NCBI GenBank assembly: GCA_016699975.1
Contig: CP064994.1
Coordinates: forward strand, 129,222 to 193,221
DNA from: Candidatus Moraniibacteriota bacterium
GTDB lineage: Bacteria; Patescibacteriota; Minisyncoccia; Moranbacterales; UBA1568
Direction of reading: 5' to 3'
DNA length: 64,000 nt
A program made the position numbers and the translations under genes. The notes below the pieces were generated by a model. That model saw only the letters and a list, made by a program, of their open reading frames with translations, had not been told where the DNA came from and made no database searches. Of the stretch, positions 38,958 through 49,345 are shown piece after piece (within the stretch, counting starts at the first letter, position 1; each line of letters begins with the position of its first letter).

Positions 38958-40024
38958 GTTTTATCGTGAAAGAAAATCGAAACAACTTTATGCCCATACA
39001 AAAAGGAGCAAAACCAGTCGACATCAATAAGCGACGCGTTATAAACGGCGAAGATGCGGATGTCATTCAGCTCTACCCGATGCGCCACACCTTTGCGTGG
39101 GAAGCGTACAATGTGGGGAATGCAAATCACTGGCTTCCGACCGAGATGAGCATGCAGAAAGATATTGAGCAGTGGAAGTCGAAAGACGCGCTTTCCGAAG
39201 ACGAACGCACGGCCTTTAAGACTGTGCTCGGGTTTTTTACGACCGCCGATTCGATCGCGGCGAACAATATTGTGCTCGCTTTCTACCGACACATTACTTC
39301 GCCGGAATGTCGCATGTATCTCTTGCGCCAAGCATATGAGGAGGCGATTCATACGCATGCCTATCAGTATATTGTCGAGTCGCTCGCGCTCGATGAGAGT
39401 GAAATCTTCAACATGTATCGAGAGGTGGATGCGATTTACAACAAAGATGCCTTCATTCTTTCTTTCAACGAAGGAATATTCGATCGAGGATTCCAAACCG
39501 GCACCTTCTCGTCCGATCAAAAATTTCTCGAAAACATCGCCGTATTCTCACTTATTCTCGAAGGAATTTTCTTTTACAGTTCTTTCGCGGTGATGTTCGG
39601 ATTTCAGCGGCAGAACAAAATGCCTGGGAGCGCCGAACAAATTCAATACATCATGCGAGACGAATCTCAGCACCTCAACTTCGGCATCAATATGATGAAT
39701 GCCATCAAAGAGGAACAGCCCGAGCTTTGGACAGCAGATTTCCAGGCGCACTTGGTGGACTTGGTCCGAAAGGCGGTCGTTCTCGAATATACGTTTGCGC
39801 AGGAAGTATTTCCTCGTGGCATATTCGGCATGAACGCCGCAGGATTTAAGCAGTACATCGAACATATTGCCGATCGCCGACTTGAGCGTGTGGGTCTCCC
39901 GGTACAGTACGGTGTCGAGAATCCTTTTCCATGGATGAGTGAGGCGGCTGATCTCTCGAAAGAAAAAAACTTTTTCGAAACGCGTGTGACAGAATACCAA
40001 ATCGGCGGTGCGCTCGAGTGGTAG
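38945..40024 (+). CDS. nrdB: Ribonucleoside-diphosphate reductase beta subunit (NrdB, ferritin-like di-iron). Alternative start at about 38990.
   Basis: Iron ligands …EEAIHTHAY… and …RDESQHLNF…; C-terminal …EYQIGGALEW. Confidence 0.9.
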   Translation: MPRIGFIVKENRNNFMPIQKGAKPVDINKRRVINGEDADVIQLYPMRHTFAWEAYNVGNANHWLPTEMSMQKDIEQWKSKDALSEDERTAFKTVLGFFTTADSIAANNIVLAFYRHITSPECRMYLLRQAYEEAIHTHAYQYIVESLALDESEIFNMYREVDAIYNKDAFILSFNEGIFDRGFQTGTFSSDQKFLENIAVFSLILEGIFFYSSFAVMFGFQRQNKMPGSAEQIQYIMRDESQHLNFGINMMNAIKEEQPELWTADFQAHLVDLVRKAVVLEYTFAQEVFPRGIFGMNAAGFKQYIEHIADRRLERVGLPVQYGVENPFPWMSEAADLSKEKNFFETRVTEYQIGGALEW

Positions 40025-40253
40025 AGATGAATAAAAGAGAAATCTCGGGAGAAAGTATATCTAGACTCTCCAGAATTACATTCCGGAGAGCTATTTTTTC
40101 CTAGAATAGGATACTTCTGGATAAAATTTTTTTGATTTGCAAAACATCTTCTTTAAGGGATTCCCCCAGGTTGACATCTGGGGAGTTCTCGCTGGATTAA
40201 AAAACCACTCTTTGAAGTGGAAATATGCTTTCCGTTTTTGAAATGAGCTTTGA

Positions 40254-41018
40254 TTGATTATACTAAGGCTGATGTATACCCCACAGCAAAATGGCAGAGA
40301 AAAATCCGTACGCTCGGTTTATTATGTTGAGGAGGCGCCGCCGAGTGACCTTTCTCCTTTGGTGTACTGTTTTTGGGAATTAAAAACAGAAGGGTTGCTA
40401 CCTCAAGATTTCAGATATCATGTTGTGCCCGATGCTTGTATAGATATAGTATTCAATCTCTCAGAACCAAAAAGAGCGACGATAATGACGCCACACACTG
40501 TATCTGAGGTACTCTGTCTTGGTCGGGCGTTTCACTATGTCGGCATCCGGCTTTTCCCTGGAGTGTGGCGAGGTGAACTCGATACGGTTGTCGGTGGTTT
40601 TATTGATACGCCGAAAATTGGTAGCGTGTCTGTTGCGAGTGAGTGCAAGAAACTTATTTTTACTAAAAAAGATTTTTCTTCTCAACAGGTAATATTAGTG
40701 AAAATAGTTCGACAGCTCGCTCATGAAAAGTTTGTTGTGGCGAATGCTGCAATGGTAAAAATACTGAATAACGCTCATACTCTTCGTACGGTGGCTGATA
40801 TGTCGGCGCTGGTGAATATGTCGCCTCGCCAATTGCAACGAACGCTCAAACAAGTAACGGGATTCTCTCCGCACGACTTTCTCAAAGTACTGCGTTTTCA
40901 ACAGTCTTTTGGGCGACATTACCTTGCCTTTTACGCCGACCAGTCACATTTTATTCACTCGTTTCGCAAAATTACTGGCTATACGCCTGGAGAATACGCT
41001 CAAAAATTTGATGTCTGA
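40254..41018 (+). CDS. AraC-family transcriptional regulator
   Basis: C-terminal HTH_18 region (…LVNMSPRQLQRTLKQVTGFSPHDFL…DQSHFIHSFRKITGYTPGEY). Confidence 0.75.
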   Translation: MIILRLMYTPQQNGREKSVRSVYYVEEAPPSDLSPLVYCFWELKTEGLLPQDFRYHVVPDACIDIVFNLSEPKRATIMTPHTVSEVLCLGRAFHYVGIRLFPGVWRGELDTVVGGFIDTPKIGSVSVASECKKLIFTKKDFSSQQVILVKIVRQLAHEKFVVANAAMVKILNNAHTLRTVADMSALVNMSPRQLQRTLKQVTGFSPHDFLKVLRFQQSFGRHYLAFYADQSHFIHSFRKITGYTPGEYAQKFDV

Positions 41019-41084
41019 TTTCTACAATACGCGGCTTACCGGAATGGTTACACTGTAATCGTAAGAAATTAACAAATTAAGAGA

Positions 41085-41471
41085 ATGGCTATGAAAATAA
41101 TCTACCCGGTAACCGTTACTAGCAAACTGAATGAAAGTAAAGCGTTTTATCAAGAAGTATTTGGCTTTCACGTTGTATTTGAAGCCGACTGGTATGTGCA
41201 ATTGTTGCATGAAGCGAGCGGCATTGAAATAGGGCTCATGAAACCGAATCTTGAGAGTCAATCGCATCAACTTCATGAGGAATTTCCTGGAAAGGGTATC
41301 ATTTACAGTTTTGAGGTTGAAGATGCAGCTCAAGAGTACGAAAAAATCAAAAAAACTTCCACTCATATCTTTTATCCGCTCATAACCGAAGAGTGGGGAC
41401 AAATACATTTTATGTTGAAAGATCCTGCGGGGGTTACGATTGATGTTGTTCAACAAGCGAAGGAACAGTGA
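41085..41471 (+). CDS. VOC (glyoxalase/bleomycin-resistance fold) family protein
   Basis: 128 aa; KLNESKAFYQEVFGFHVVFE…HFMLKDPAGVTIDVV. Confidence 0.6.
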   Translation: MAMKIIYPVTVTSKLNESKAFYQEVFGFHVVFEADWYVQLLHEASGIEIGLMKPNLESQSHQLHEEFPGKGIIYSFEVEDAAQEYEKIKKTSTHIFYPLITEEWGQIHFMLKDPAGVTIDVVQQAKEQ

Positions 41472-41534
41472 CCCGTCTCTATTTGCTATCACTACTCGTA
41501 TCTTCTCGCAAAAAAGCAACAAACAGTAAACATT

Positions 41535-41966
41535 TCACACGAAAAATATGTTGGGAAGGCAGGCGTCGCCGTGTGTCAATACGTGGTTTGCACCGTGAGT
41601 TCCGAAGGGGCAGTCATGCGCATCAGTTTCATGAAAAACTCGGATCACTTTGGCAACTTTCTCTACGATGAGCAAAGGAGTTTTTTTGCGGCATTGTTGC
41701 GCAAGATTTTCCCCCGGCACTTTAGTCAGAAGAAGCGCTTCGACTTCTGTCGGACTTTGTAGGTAATCGATAATTTCGGGTACGGGGAGTTTTTTCTGGA
41801 GCCACGCGAGGCGTTTAAATTCATTTTTAAGTCGATCAGCTATCTTGAGATAAGCGTTTTTTTGGTTGATGTTTCGATCCGGATAGACGATACTTTGATC
41901 GCCGTAGAGTATCGTAGAGTATCTCTGTTGCGCGGTGGGCGTTGAGTTTTTTTCTTGCCCAATCAA
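41535..41966 (-). pseudogene. Aminoglycoside/choline-kinase-type phosphotransferase (APH-like), C-terminally truncated
   Basis: …RVFHETDAHDCPF…VLTHGDACLPNIFFV then a stop. The catalytic HGDxxxxN loop is present, but the usual DFG/activation-segment region of about 100 aa is missing. Confidence 0.5.
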
Positions 41967-42197
41967 GAAAAATCGTGTGAGTGGTAATCTATTTTCATAT
42001 GCTTATTTCTATAGATTCAGTATAAAATAAAAAGAAAGAAATCGCACTGTCGTTTTACAGGGCGCTTGAGTACTCTTGGTTATGTACTGAGAAGTCTTTG
42101 GGCGCTCTTACTTACCTCCTGAGCTCCACCTCGCACCAGTTCCCGCCACGTTGTGAGTTCGGGGTGGGGATCGCCAAGGAGATTGACTATGTGTCTG

Positions 42198-42280
42198 GTG
42201 CCGGAGAGAGGACTTGAACCTCCATGATGTTTCCATCGTCAGCTCCTAAAGCTGATGCGTCTGCCATTTCGCCACTCCGG
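42198..42280 (-). tRNA. tRNA-Leu(TAG), class II
   Basis: Acceptor GCCGGAG/CTCCGGC, anticodon stem TCAGC/GCTGA, loop TTTAGGA, long variable arm, T-arm GGAGGTTCAAGTCCTCT. Confidence 0.85.
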
Positions 42281-42411
42281 CAAAGGGTATTCATGAGGAA
42301 TTTTGCTTCTTTATTATTTTACCTCAAAGAGAGGGATCGTTTTGAAAAGCACGCATTCAGTCGAGACTTCTTTCCAAGGGCGAAAGGGGAAAGTGGGCAC
42401 AGCTCCTTTTA

Positions 42412-42738
42412 TTATATCGGACTCACCGTAGAATCGTCCGGAGCCGGACTAGAGAGTGCTTGGATGCGCTCCGCTTCTTGTTTCAAAATGCCGGACTCTT
42501 CATATTCGCCGTGGTGACGCGTGTCGTCGCCGTAGGTCTCTCGTTTCTGGTCGAGGTGAAAACTTGCTCGAAGACACTCGCCCTCAATCTGAACATACAG
42601 GTGGAATCGGGGATATCCTCCTCCTGCAAGTGGGCGAACGAAACTCATTTCACTCCCTTCGCGGCGCTGAAAAGTATAGCCGGCGCGACGCAAGAGATTT
42701 ACGGGATTATCACTGAGGTCATGTATCGTGAAACGCAT
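42412..42738 (-). CDS. Hypothetical protein
   Basis: 108-aa ORF with no recognisable motif. Confidence 0.35.
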   Translation of the reverse strand: MRFTIHDLSDNPVNLLRRAGYTFQRREGSEMSFVRPLAGGGYPRFHLYVQIEGECLRASFHLDQKRETYGDDTRHHGEYEESGILKQEAERIQALSSPAPDDSTVSPI

Positions 42739-42777
42739 ATCATGAAATTGATTTTGAGCCGAAGGGAAAGGGCGTCG

Positions 42778-43149
42778 TTACGAATGATGTTTTGATTTGT
42801 CAAGATCATTGATGTATCCCGCTATGCTTTTTACATTCGTTGTGATGGTTTTTCGGAAATTTTTCATCATGAGGGGCTCGCCTATTTTGGCTGATACTCC
42901 CTTGAGGAGAACGGTTATTTCTCCTGTTTCATTCGCACCGCTCCTTGCGTCTGTGATCGTGCATGTCGTGGGAGTTTCTCTTTTGAACGTATACACATTT
43001 TGAGAGATGGTAGTAATTTTTACGACCGCAAAGCTCTCCAGAAGATCACTGAGCGAGAATCGCTCCGCTCGTTCTCTCTTTTCGTACTGTTCTCTTATCT
43101 CATTTTCTCTTTGTCTCCGGTTTGCTTTTTCGATTAAGTCAAGAACCAT
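42778..43149 (-). CDS. Hypothetical protein
   Basis: 123-aa ORF with no recognisable motif. Confidence 0.35.
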   Translation of the reverse strand: MVLDLIEKANRRQRENEIREQYEKRERAERFSLSDLLESFAVVKITTISQNVYTFKRETPTTCTITDARSGANETGEITVLLKGVSAKIGEPLMMKNFRKTITTNVKSIAGYINDLDKSKHHS

Positions 43150-43324
43150 AAGGAGCAGAAGCTTTTTTATTTCTTGTGCTCCTCATCGCATGAGGGCAAA
43201 GATTGAGACTTTTGATTGGTGCTCGATAGGGAAGCAGAAGTGCTTCGAAGTCTCGTCAGACTTTTTCGGTTCGTTTTTTTGAGAACCGTAATCGTTGCGA
43301 TTTTTCCTCTCTCGACTTCCAATG

Positions 43325-43395
43325 TCGGGGCACTGGGAATTGAACCCAGTCTACACCCACCCGAAGGGTGCGTACTACCGGTATACGATGCCCCG
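43325..43395 (-). tRNA. tRNA-Pro(CGG)
   Basis: CGGGGCATCGTATACCGGTAGTACGCACCCTTCGGGTGGGTGTAGACTGGGTTCAATTCCCAGTGCCCCGA, with C1:G72. Confidence 0.8.
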
Positions 43396-43410
43396 AAACT
43401 CTGCTCTCTA

Positions 43411-44997
43411 TTATGAAACTCGGTGACGATTTTTGAGTTTGTCTTCGTCTTCCGCTCGTTTTTCTTGTATGGCCTCTGTGGCTCGAGCACGCAGCGCATC
43501 TTCGTTTTCTTTGGCGAGTATGCGCGCTTGCTCCAGGAGAAAAGGGACGGTATTTTTCTCGGGATCTTCGATTACTTCCGCGAGGAGTGCGTCGAGAATG
43601 ATACCAATTTTTGGGCTTGGGCGAATGTCGAGCGCTTTCATGATATCGTGCCCGTTTACGGCGAGCATTTTTACGGAAACCGGATCGTTCGAGACTTTCT
43701 CGATCATGTATTCGAGGTGGCGAAGTTTGTAGGGCTTCGCCTTCGGCGTGCCGGATCCCAATCGATCGGCGATTCGAATATGCATGAGGTCGCGCATATT
43801 CTCGAGTCCCACTCTTTTTATGAGGCGGCGTACCGACGCGGCCGTTACTTCTTCCACATTATAGTAAAAGAGATGGTTGTCAACGAGGAGCGTTGCTTGT
43901 TCGACAATGCGTGTCGGGAACCGCAAGCGCGTAAGGAGTGATCGAGTCATGCGGGCGCCTACGTGGTCGTGATTGTAGAATGTGGATCGGTACCCATTTC
44001 CCCTTTTGGTGCGGGGTTTTCCGACATCGTGGAGGAGGGCGGCGAGCCGCACTTCGAGACGGGAAGAGGGGCATGTCGCGAGCGCGCGGAGGTTATGTTC
44101 GTAGACGGTATAAATATGGTGCAGATTTTGTCCTACTCCCACTCCCTCTTCGAGTTCGGGCGCAATCTGTTGTAAGAGTCCGCTTATTCGCAAGAGATCG
44201 ATTCCTTGTGCGGGGTTTTCCGACAAAAGAATTTTCGAGAGTTCGTCAGAGATTCGTTCGGCAGAAATGTTTCGAAGAGCGAAAGCATGCCGGGTAAGAG
44301 ATGAAAATGTTTCAGGGTCGATATGCCAATCGCTTCCTTCGTGGAGTTTTGTGCTCTCGTTGCGTTCGTTCATAAACGGCTCTCCGGAAAGCGGTGTCGG
44401 CGTACGAAGTTCAGAGAGGAGGCGAATTGCTCGCAACATGCGGAGAGCGTCTTCGGCAAAACGCGTGTCGGGATCTCCGACCGCGCGGAGAGTTTTGTGG
44501 CGAATATCTTCTTGACCACCGAAAGGATCAATCAATACAAGATCGATGTGATGATTGTCTTCTGTTTGCTTCAGCGAGTTCTCGAGCCGAATCGCCATTG
44601 CGTTTATTGTGAAGTCGCGACGCGCAAGGTCTTCCTCTATCGTTTTGACGAAAGCGACTCGTGACGGATGGCGATTGTCTTCGTAGTGGGATTCGGCGCG
44701 AAATGTGGTTGCTTCGATAACTTCTTCGGTCGCGTTCTGTTCAATCCCCTTTTTCGAAAAAGGCGGAACCTTGATGCCGACTGTGCCGAAGATATTTTCG
44801 TAGAAGCTTTCCGGAAACAGCGTTTGAATTTCTTCGGGAGTGGCGTTCGTTGCGATGTCCCAGTCTTTTGGGACTCGCTTGAGGAGGAGATCACGAACGG
44901 ATCCGCCAACCACGAAGGCTTGATACCCAGAACCATTCAGGGTTTTGAGAATTTGCCGAACCGGTTGGGGAAGCATGTTTCCGTGAAGCACTTCCAT
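43411..44997 (-). CDS. cca: CCA-adding tRNA nucleotidyltransferase with a C-terminal HD domain and a long C-terminal extension
   Basis: Pol-beta-type head FVVGGSVRDLLLKRVPKDWDIATNATPEE; HD motif …LLHDVGK…. The ORF opens at 45120 but MEVLHG at about 44997 is the likelier start. Confidence 0.8.
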   Translation of the reverse strand: MEVLHGNMLPQPVRQILKTLNGSGYQAFVVGGSVRDLLLKRVPKDWDIATNATPEEIQTLFPESFYENIFGTVGIKVPPFSKKGIEQNATEEVIEATTFRAESHYEDNRHPSRVAFVKTIEEDLARRDFTINAMAIRLENSLKQTEDNHHIDLVLIDPFGGQEDIRHKTLRAVGDPDTRFAEDALRMLRAIRLLSELRTPTPLSGEPFMNERNESTKLHEGSDWHIDPETFSSLTRHAFALRNISAERISDELSKILLSENPAQGIDLLRISGLLQQIAPELEEGVGVGQNLHHIYTVYEHNLRALATCPSSRLEVRLAALLHDVGKPRTKRGNGYRSTFYNHDHVGARMTRSLLTRLRFPTRIVEQATLLVDNHLFYYNVEEVTAASVRRLIKRVGLENMRDLMHIRIADRLGSGTPKAKPYKLRHLEYMIEKVSNDPVSVKMLAVNGHDIMKALDIRPSPKIGIILDALLAEVIEDPEKNTVPFLLEQARILAKENEDALRARATEAIQEKRAEDEDKLKNRHRVS

Positions 44998-45237
44998 AAG
45001 AATTTCGGTACGCACACAAATAAGAGGGTGAGGAGTTCCTTGAAGAAAAACTCTTTCTGAAGCGTGTTCTCTCTCGCGCCTTCCCGAGACGGATTGTAAA
45101 CTTAAAGGGAGTTCCTTCACAACCTTCGCTCCTGTTTCTTTTTGATTTCTCGAGAGCGGAGGGGGGGGCGGTGTTTTCTGAAAACCGCTCCTCTTGGAGG
45201 GAGAGAGCGGCTTTTTTCGAAAAAAGAAGAGCGAGTG

Positions 45238-47007
45238 TTAGAGAGTTCGACGTTTTTCCTCGAGAGTAAACGAGAGTAGCGTGTCTCCTTCTTTTATCTT
45301 GATCGGAGTTTCAATCGTGAGGCCGCATTCGTTCCCACTCCCGACTTCGTCGGTATTTTTCTTGTTCTGTTGGAGATTTGCAAGGCGACCCGTTCCGAGC
45401 ATTTCTTCGCCGCGGTGTATTTCTATCTGTGAACTTTTTGCGATCTTTCCGTTGCCGACACGGCCACCCACGATCATGTCGTGTTTTCCGGTTTTAAAGA
45501 CGGCTAGTACACTCAGGCTTCCGAGATCGGTGCGGATGATTTCGGGCGGGAGAAGTGCGGCGAGTCGCTCCTTCACGAATTCAACCAATTTATAGATAAT
45601 GGAAAAACTCCTGATTTCGATCTTCGCGTTTTCCGCCATGCGGCCGGCGACGGGAGTGGGTGTCACGTTAAATCCCACAATGAGCGCCCCTGAACTTTCC
45701 GCCATTTTGACATCGGATTCGGTGATAGCGCCAATGCCACGCGAAACAATGTCGAGGGCGATTTCTTCGGACTGAATGGTGCCGAAAATCTGCTCGATTG
45801 CTTCGAGAGAACCATGAACGTCTGCCTTGACGATGAGGGGGAATTTTTTAATATGCTCATCTCGAACGGTTTGCATTTCTTTTTTGTTCGCGCCTCCCGT
45901 TATCCGCTCTCGCGATTTGAGTCGCGCGGCAACTTTGCTTCCTACAACCTGCACGACATCATTGGTGTTCGGCGTGCCGCTCAGTCCGTAGAGTTGGACG
46001 GGCGTCGACGGGAGCGCGTACTCGATATTTTTTCCGGAAAAATCCTCGAGCCGGCGAATGCGTCCGTGGGCCGATCCCACGGTTACGTCTTGACCTACCT
46101 TGAGCGTGCCAGTTTTTACGAGTGCGATCGCGACTGGACCTTTTTGCGGATCAAGGTGTGACTCAAGTACGACGGCCAAACCATCACGCTTCGTGTCACT
46201 TCGAAACTCGCTGATTTCAGAGACGATCACGATATGTTCGAGAAGTTTATCGATATTCTTTCCGTGTTTTGCGCTGATTTCTATTGCGGGAACGTTCCCA
46301 CCCCATTCCTCGATCAGAATGCCATGATCAGCGAGCTCCTGTTTCACTCGCGCAACATTTGCTTCTGGTTTATCGACTTTGTTGATCGCGACGATGGTAG
46401 GAAGTGCATGATCCCGCAGGTAGGCGATCACTTCTTTGGTTTGGGGACGAACACCGTCGTCTGCCGCAACCACGAGGATGGCGATATCGGCGAGTGCCAC
46501 GCCGCGTTCGCGCATGGATGAAAAAGCCTCATGGCCAGGCGTGTCGATAAACGTAATCAGTTTTCCGCGCTTCTTTACTTGATACGCGCTCATTGCCTGT
46601 GTGATGCCTCCCGCTTCCTTTCCTGCGACGTTTGTTTTCCTGATGGTATCGAGGAGCGTGGTTTTTCCGTGGTCGACGTGTCCCAAAATAGTGACGACGG
46701 GAGGGCGTTCATCAAGTGTTTTTCCGGAGGCTTTTTCCTGCGCGCAAATTTCGAGGAGGCGCTCCAGCGTGAAGGTGCCCGTCTCGTCCGATTCGAGATC
46801 CTCTTCCGTTTCAAAGCCCATGTCCTGCGCAATAATGCTCGCCGTTTCGAAATCAATTTCCTCGTTAATGGTCGCGAGGATTTTGTTCTTCATGAGTTCC
46901 ATGATGACGGCGGAAACAGGGACGCCGAAAATTTCCGAGAGCCGCTTGATGCTGACGGAAGAGGGGATTTTGACGGTTTTTTTTGGCTCATCCATAAGAA
47001 AATTCAA
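45238..47007 (-). CDS. infB: Translation initiation factor IF-2, short form of 589 aa
   Basis: G-domain VVTILGHVDHGKTTLLD…DTPGHEAF…NKVD, followed by the IF-2 beta-barrel domains. Confidence 0.95.
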   Translation of the reverse strand: MNFLMDEPKKTVKIPSSVSIKRLSEIFGVPVSAVIMELMKNKILATINEEIDFETASIIAQDMGFETEEDLESDETGTFTLERLLEICAQEKASGKTLDERPPVVTILGHVDHGKTTLLDTIRKTNVAGKEAGGITQAMSAYQVKKRGKLITFIDTPGHEAFSSMRERGVALADIAILVVAADDGVRPQTKEVIAYLRDHALPTIVAINKVDKPEANVARVKQELADHGILIEEWGGNVPAIEISAKHGKNIDKLLEHIVIVSEISEFRSDTKRDGLAVVLESHLDPQKGPVAIALVKTGTLKVGQDVTVGSAHGRIRRLEDFSGKNIEYALPSTPVQLYGLSGTPNTNDVVQVVGSKVAARLKSRERITGGANKKEMQTVRDEHIKKFPLIVKADVHGSLEAIEQIFGTIQSEEIALDIVSRGIGAITESDVKMAESSGALIVGFNVTPTPVAGRMAENAKIEIRSFSIIYKLVEFVKERLAALLPPEIIRTDLGSLSVLAVFKTGKHDMIVGGRVGNGKIAKSSQIEIHRGEEMLGTGRLANLQQNKKNTDEVGSGNECGLTIETPIKIKEGDTLLSFTLEEKRRTL

Positions 47008-47225
47008 AACAAATGCGAGGGGGAAAGGAATATTTTTTTGGCTTCTACACTTTTTGTTGACTCCTTTTTTCTCACCTCTCGTCTCAAGAACGGACTACTC
47101 GGGAATGCTTCCTGACAAGGTGTTTTCAAAAAATTCAAAAAAGAGAGCTTCCCATTTCTTGTTTCTCAATTTTGTTGTGTGCTTCTTTCGAAGACTCTGT
47201 TTTTCGGAAATTTTTGAAATGAGTC

Positions 47226-47819
47226 TTACAATTTCCGCGGAGCCTCCTCTTTATTATTCTCTTGATCCTCGTTCTCTGCTGGCTCTCCTTTTTTGGGAGA
47301 AGGAGTTTTTGCTGTTCGGGAGATTTGCGCGATATCGATCGCGCGGCGCTCCTCGGTAGTCAAGGGAAAATCCTGAGGTTCTCCGCGAAGAACGGGTTTT
47401 GCATACACGCGGCCCGATTCGCGGGAAAGGAGGGATGAAATGACAATACCGGTATTCGCGCCGTCGAGAAGAGCAATGCTCCAGCTCTGATTGCTCCCCG
47501 TGTCTTGGAAAGGATTGAAGCGGACGATGCCCACTTTGTGGATACCAATCGCAGCGAGTGATCGAATTTTTTCCCCGATTTCATAAAGCTCTTGAATTTC
47601 GCTGTCGAGCGTGCCGATTTCTTTGTCGTGGCGCAGAACAACGGATTCCAGGTCGGCACCGTTTTTTCCTTTGAGAAACATCTTCTGCCGCTCTTCGAGC
47701 TCGCGCACTTTCCGAAAAAGTCGGACAAAGAGAATGGTTCCTGAGAGAAAAAGAATGCCTCCGCCGATTGAGAGAGCTGCAAGCCCCACAGGCGTCGTAA
47801 AGAAGCCCAAACTTGCCAT
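47226..47819 (-). CDS. Hypothetical membrane-anchored protein with a coiled-coil
   Basis: N-terminal TM segment LAALSIGGGILFLSGTILFV followed by a coiled-coil region. Confidence 0.45.
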   Translation of the reverse strand: MASLGFFTTPVGLAALSIGGGILFLSGTILFVRLFRKVRELEERQKMFLKGKNGADLESVVLRHDKEIGTLDSEIQELYEIGEKIRSLAAIGIHKVGIVRFNPFQDTGSNQSWSIALLDGANTGIVISSLLSRESGRVYAKPVLRGEPQDFPLTTEERRAIDIAQISRTAKTPSPKKGEPAENEDQENNKEEAPRKL

Positions 47820-48077
47820 AGAAACGCTTTTATGTGCCTTGACTTCACTCTATCACTTCTTTCGTCGCTCTGTAAAGGCTTTTTCCTTTTTGAGAAATCA
47901 CTCTTTCTCTTCAAATGTCTCTCTCATCAAGAGAGCAGAGTCAGGAAAGTTTATCTTATTTCTCAAAGATTCCGCATATGTTTTGGAACGGTGCTATTTT
48001 ATTGTACGAAAATCATCGAATTGTACGCGTTATCGGAGTATAATTACGAATCTCTTTCTCCATCCACATGATTCCCT

Positions 48078-48106
48078 CGAATTAAAAACCCCGGCGATGC
48101 GGGGTT
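48078..48106 (-). terminator. Rho-independent terminator
   Basis: Minus-strand hairpin AACCCCGCATCGCCGGGGTT followed by TTTTAATT. Confidence 0.55.
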
Positions 48107-48115
48107 ATCAGGATA

Positions 48116-48622
48116 TTATCCGGGAATGGGTTTAAGGTTGAACCAGGAGTTTTTCTGTTTCTTTCCCCTGGGAATTTTTCGCCAGTGGACGGCGCTCTTC
48201 GGTACTTTCGGGGAGGTTTCTATTTGAGAGTCTCCTTCTTTTGTCAAAGTTGGGAACTCTGCACACTCTGCCATGCCGCAGATTTGGAGCGTGTGCAACG
48301 CGACCTCAATATTGGTATTGGTGCATGCGGGGATTCTTGTGTCTTTCCGCGCTTTGGCATAAACTTCCGACTCCACGGTATATATTAGCGGAAGTATTTC
48401 ATAGTCTGCGAGTGCTACTTCCGTATTTTTCTTCCAAATTTTTCGTATCGCTCCTAATCGGAGCTGAAATAGGGGAATAAAAAACACGAAAAGTACAATA
48501 ATGGCGAGCGCCAAAAGCGCCGATTTAAGTGCTTTCAAAACTTGCATTTTTGCTCTCCTTATACCAAAGAACCACCATAAAGGTATATCTTTTTCTGGAA
48601 GGGTGCAATAGGAAGTGAACAC
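48116..48622 (-). CDS. Hypothetical membrane protein
   Basis: One or two TM segments with no recognisable motifs. Confidence 0.4.
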   Translation of the reverse strand: MFTSYCTLPEKDIPLWWFFGIRRAKMQVLKALKSALLALAIIVLFVFFIPLFQLRLGAIRKIWKKNTEVALADYEILPLIYTVESEVYAKARKDTRIPACTNTNIEVALHTLQICGMAECAEFPTLTKEGDSQIETSPKVPKSAVHWRKIPRGKKQKNSWFNLKPIPG

Positions 48623-48898
48623 AAAATAAAAAAAGCCAATAGCTATGTATTGGCAGTTCGTTTATTTTAGTGGTTCGCTTGAGGGAGCCCAATGTTCGTG
48701 TGATAGAGGTTTTTATTAAAATTTCCTCCAAAATCCGTATAACGAGATTTTCTACTTTATTTTCCACTGTGTATACGTTTTATCACGCCTCGATTCAAAC
48801 TCTTCTAGCTCAACCACTTTTCTCCCATCTCTCGGCTTTGTCTGTATTGCAGGCGCAATTTCTTCAATTCCTTCTTTTTCTTTTTGCTGAGATATTTA

Positions 48899-49345
48899 TT
48901 ATTGTAGTTTTTGAAGGTAGTCAGTAATCATTTTTTTGGCAGACGGATTAAAACCAGCATACGCTTGATCCGCAGTATAGTCACGAACTGGAACCCATTT
49001 CCACTCTGAGAACTTTTCTGGCTCCATGAGCTTTGCTTCCTGTTTTGTTGCGCAATGAAACAAAAGAACTATGTCCCCCTCTTTTGCTCCAGGCGCTTCA
49101 CCAATAAAATTCAAAATTTCCAGATCTGTGATGCCCACTTCTTCGTCAACTTCGCGTCGCAGAGTTTGTTCAATGGTTTCTCCCACATCAGAACGACCGC
49201 CGGGAATTGTCCAAACCGATATCTCCTTCCATTTGTCAGCCGTGTAATGGCGATGACCCGTCAAAATTTTCCATCTTTTACGATCACCGCTATTGGACAG
49301 GTAATACCATCCCCACTTCTTGTAAGTTCGTTTTCCATAATGGAA
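48899..49345 (-). CDS. NUDIX hydrolase, with a homopolymer frameshift near the N-terminus
   Basis: Nudix box GGRSDVGETIEQTLRREVDEEVG. The upstream piece MENELTRSGDGITCPIAVIVKDGKF is in another frame, with the junction at GGAAAATTTTGACGGG. Confidence 0.75.
   Translation of the reverse strand, partial: FHYGKRTYKKWGWYYLSNSGDRKRWKILTGHRHYTADKWKEISVWTIPGGRSDVGETIEQTLRREVDEEVGITDLEILNFIGEAPGAKEGDIVLLFHCATKQEAKLMEPEKFSEWKWVPVRDYTADQAYAGFNPSAKKMITDYLQKLQ

Noticed and set aside
38741-39520. 259-aa minus-strand ORF overlapping the nrdA/nrdB junction
   Set aside because: It is antisense to two strongly supported RNR genes and has no recognisable domain.
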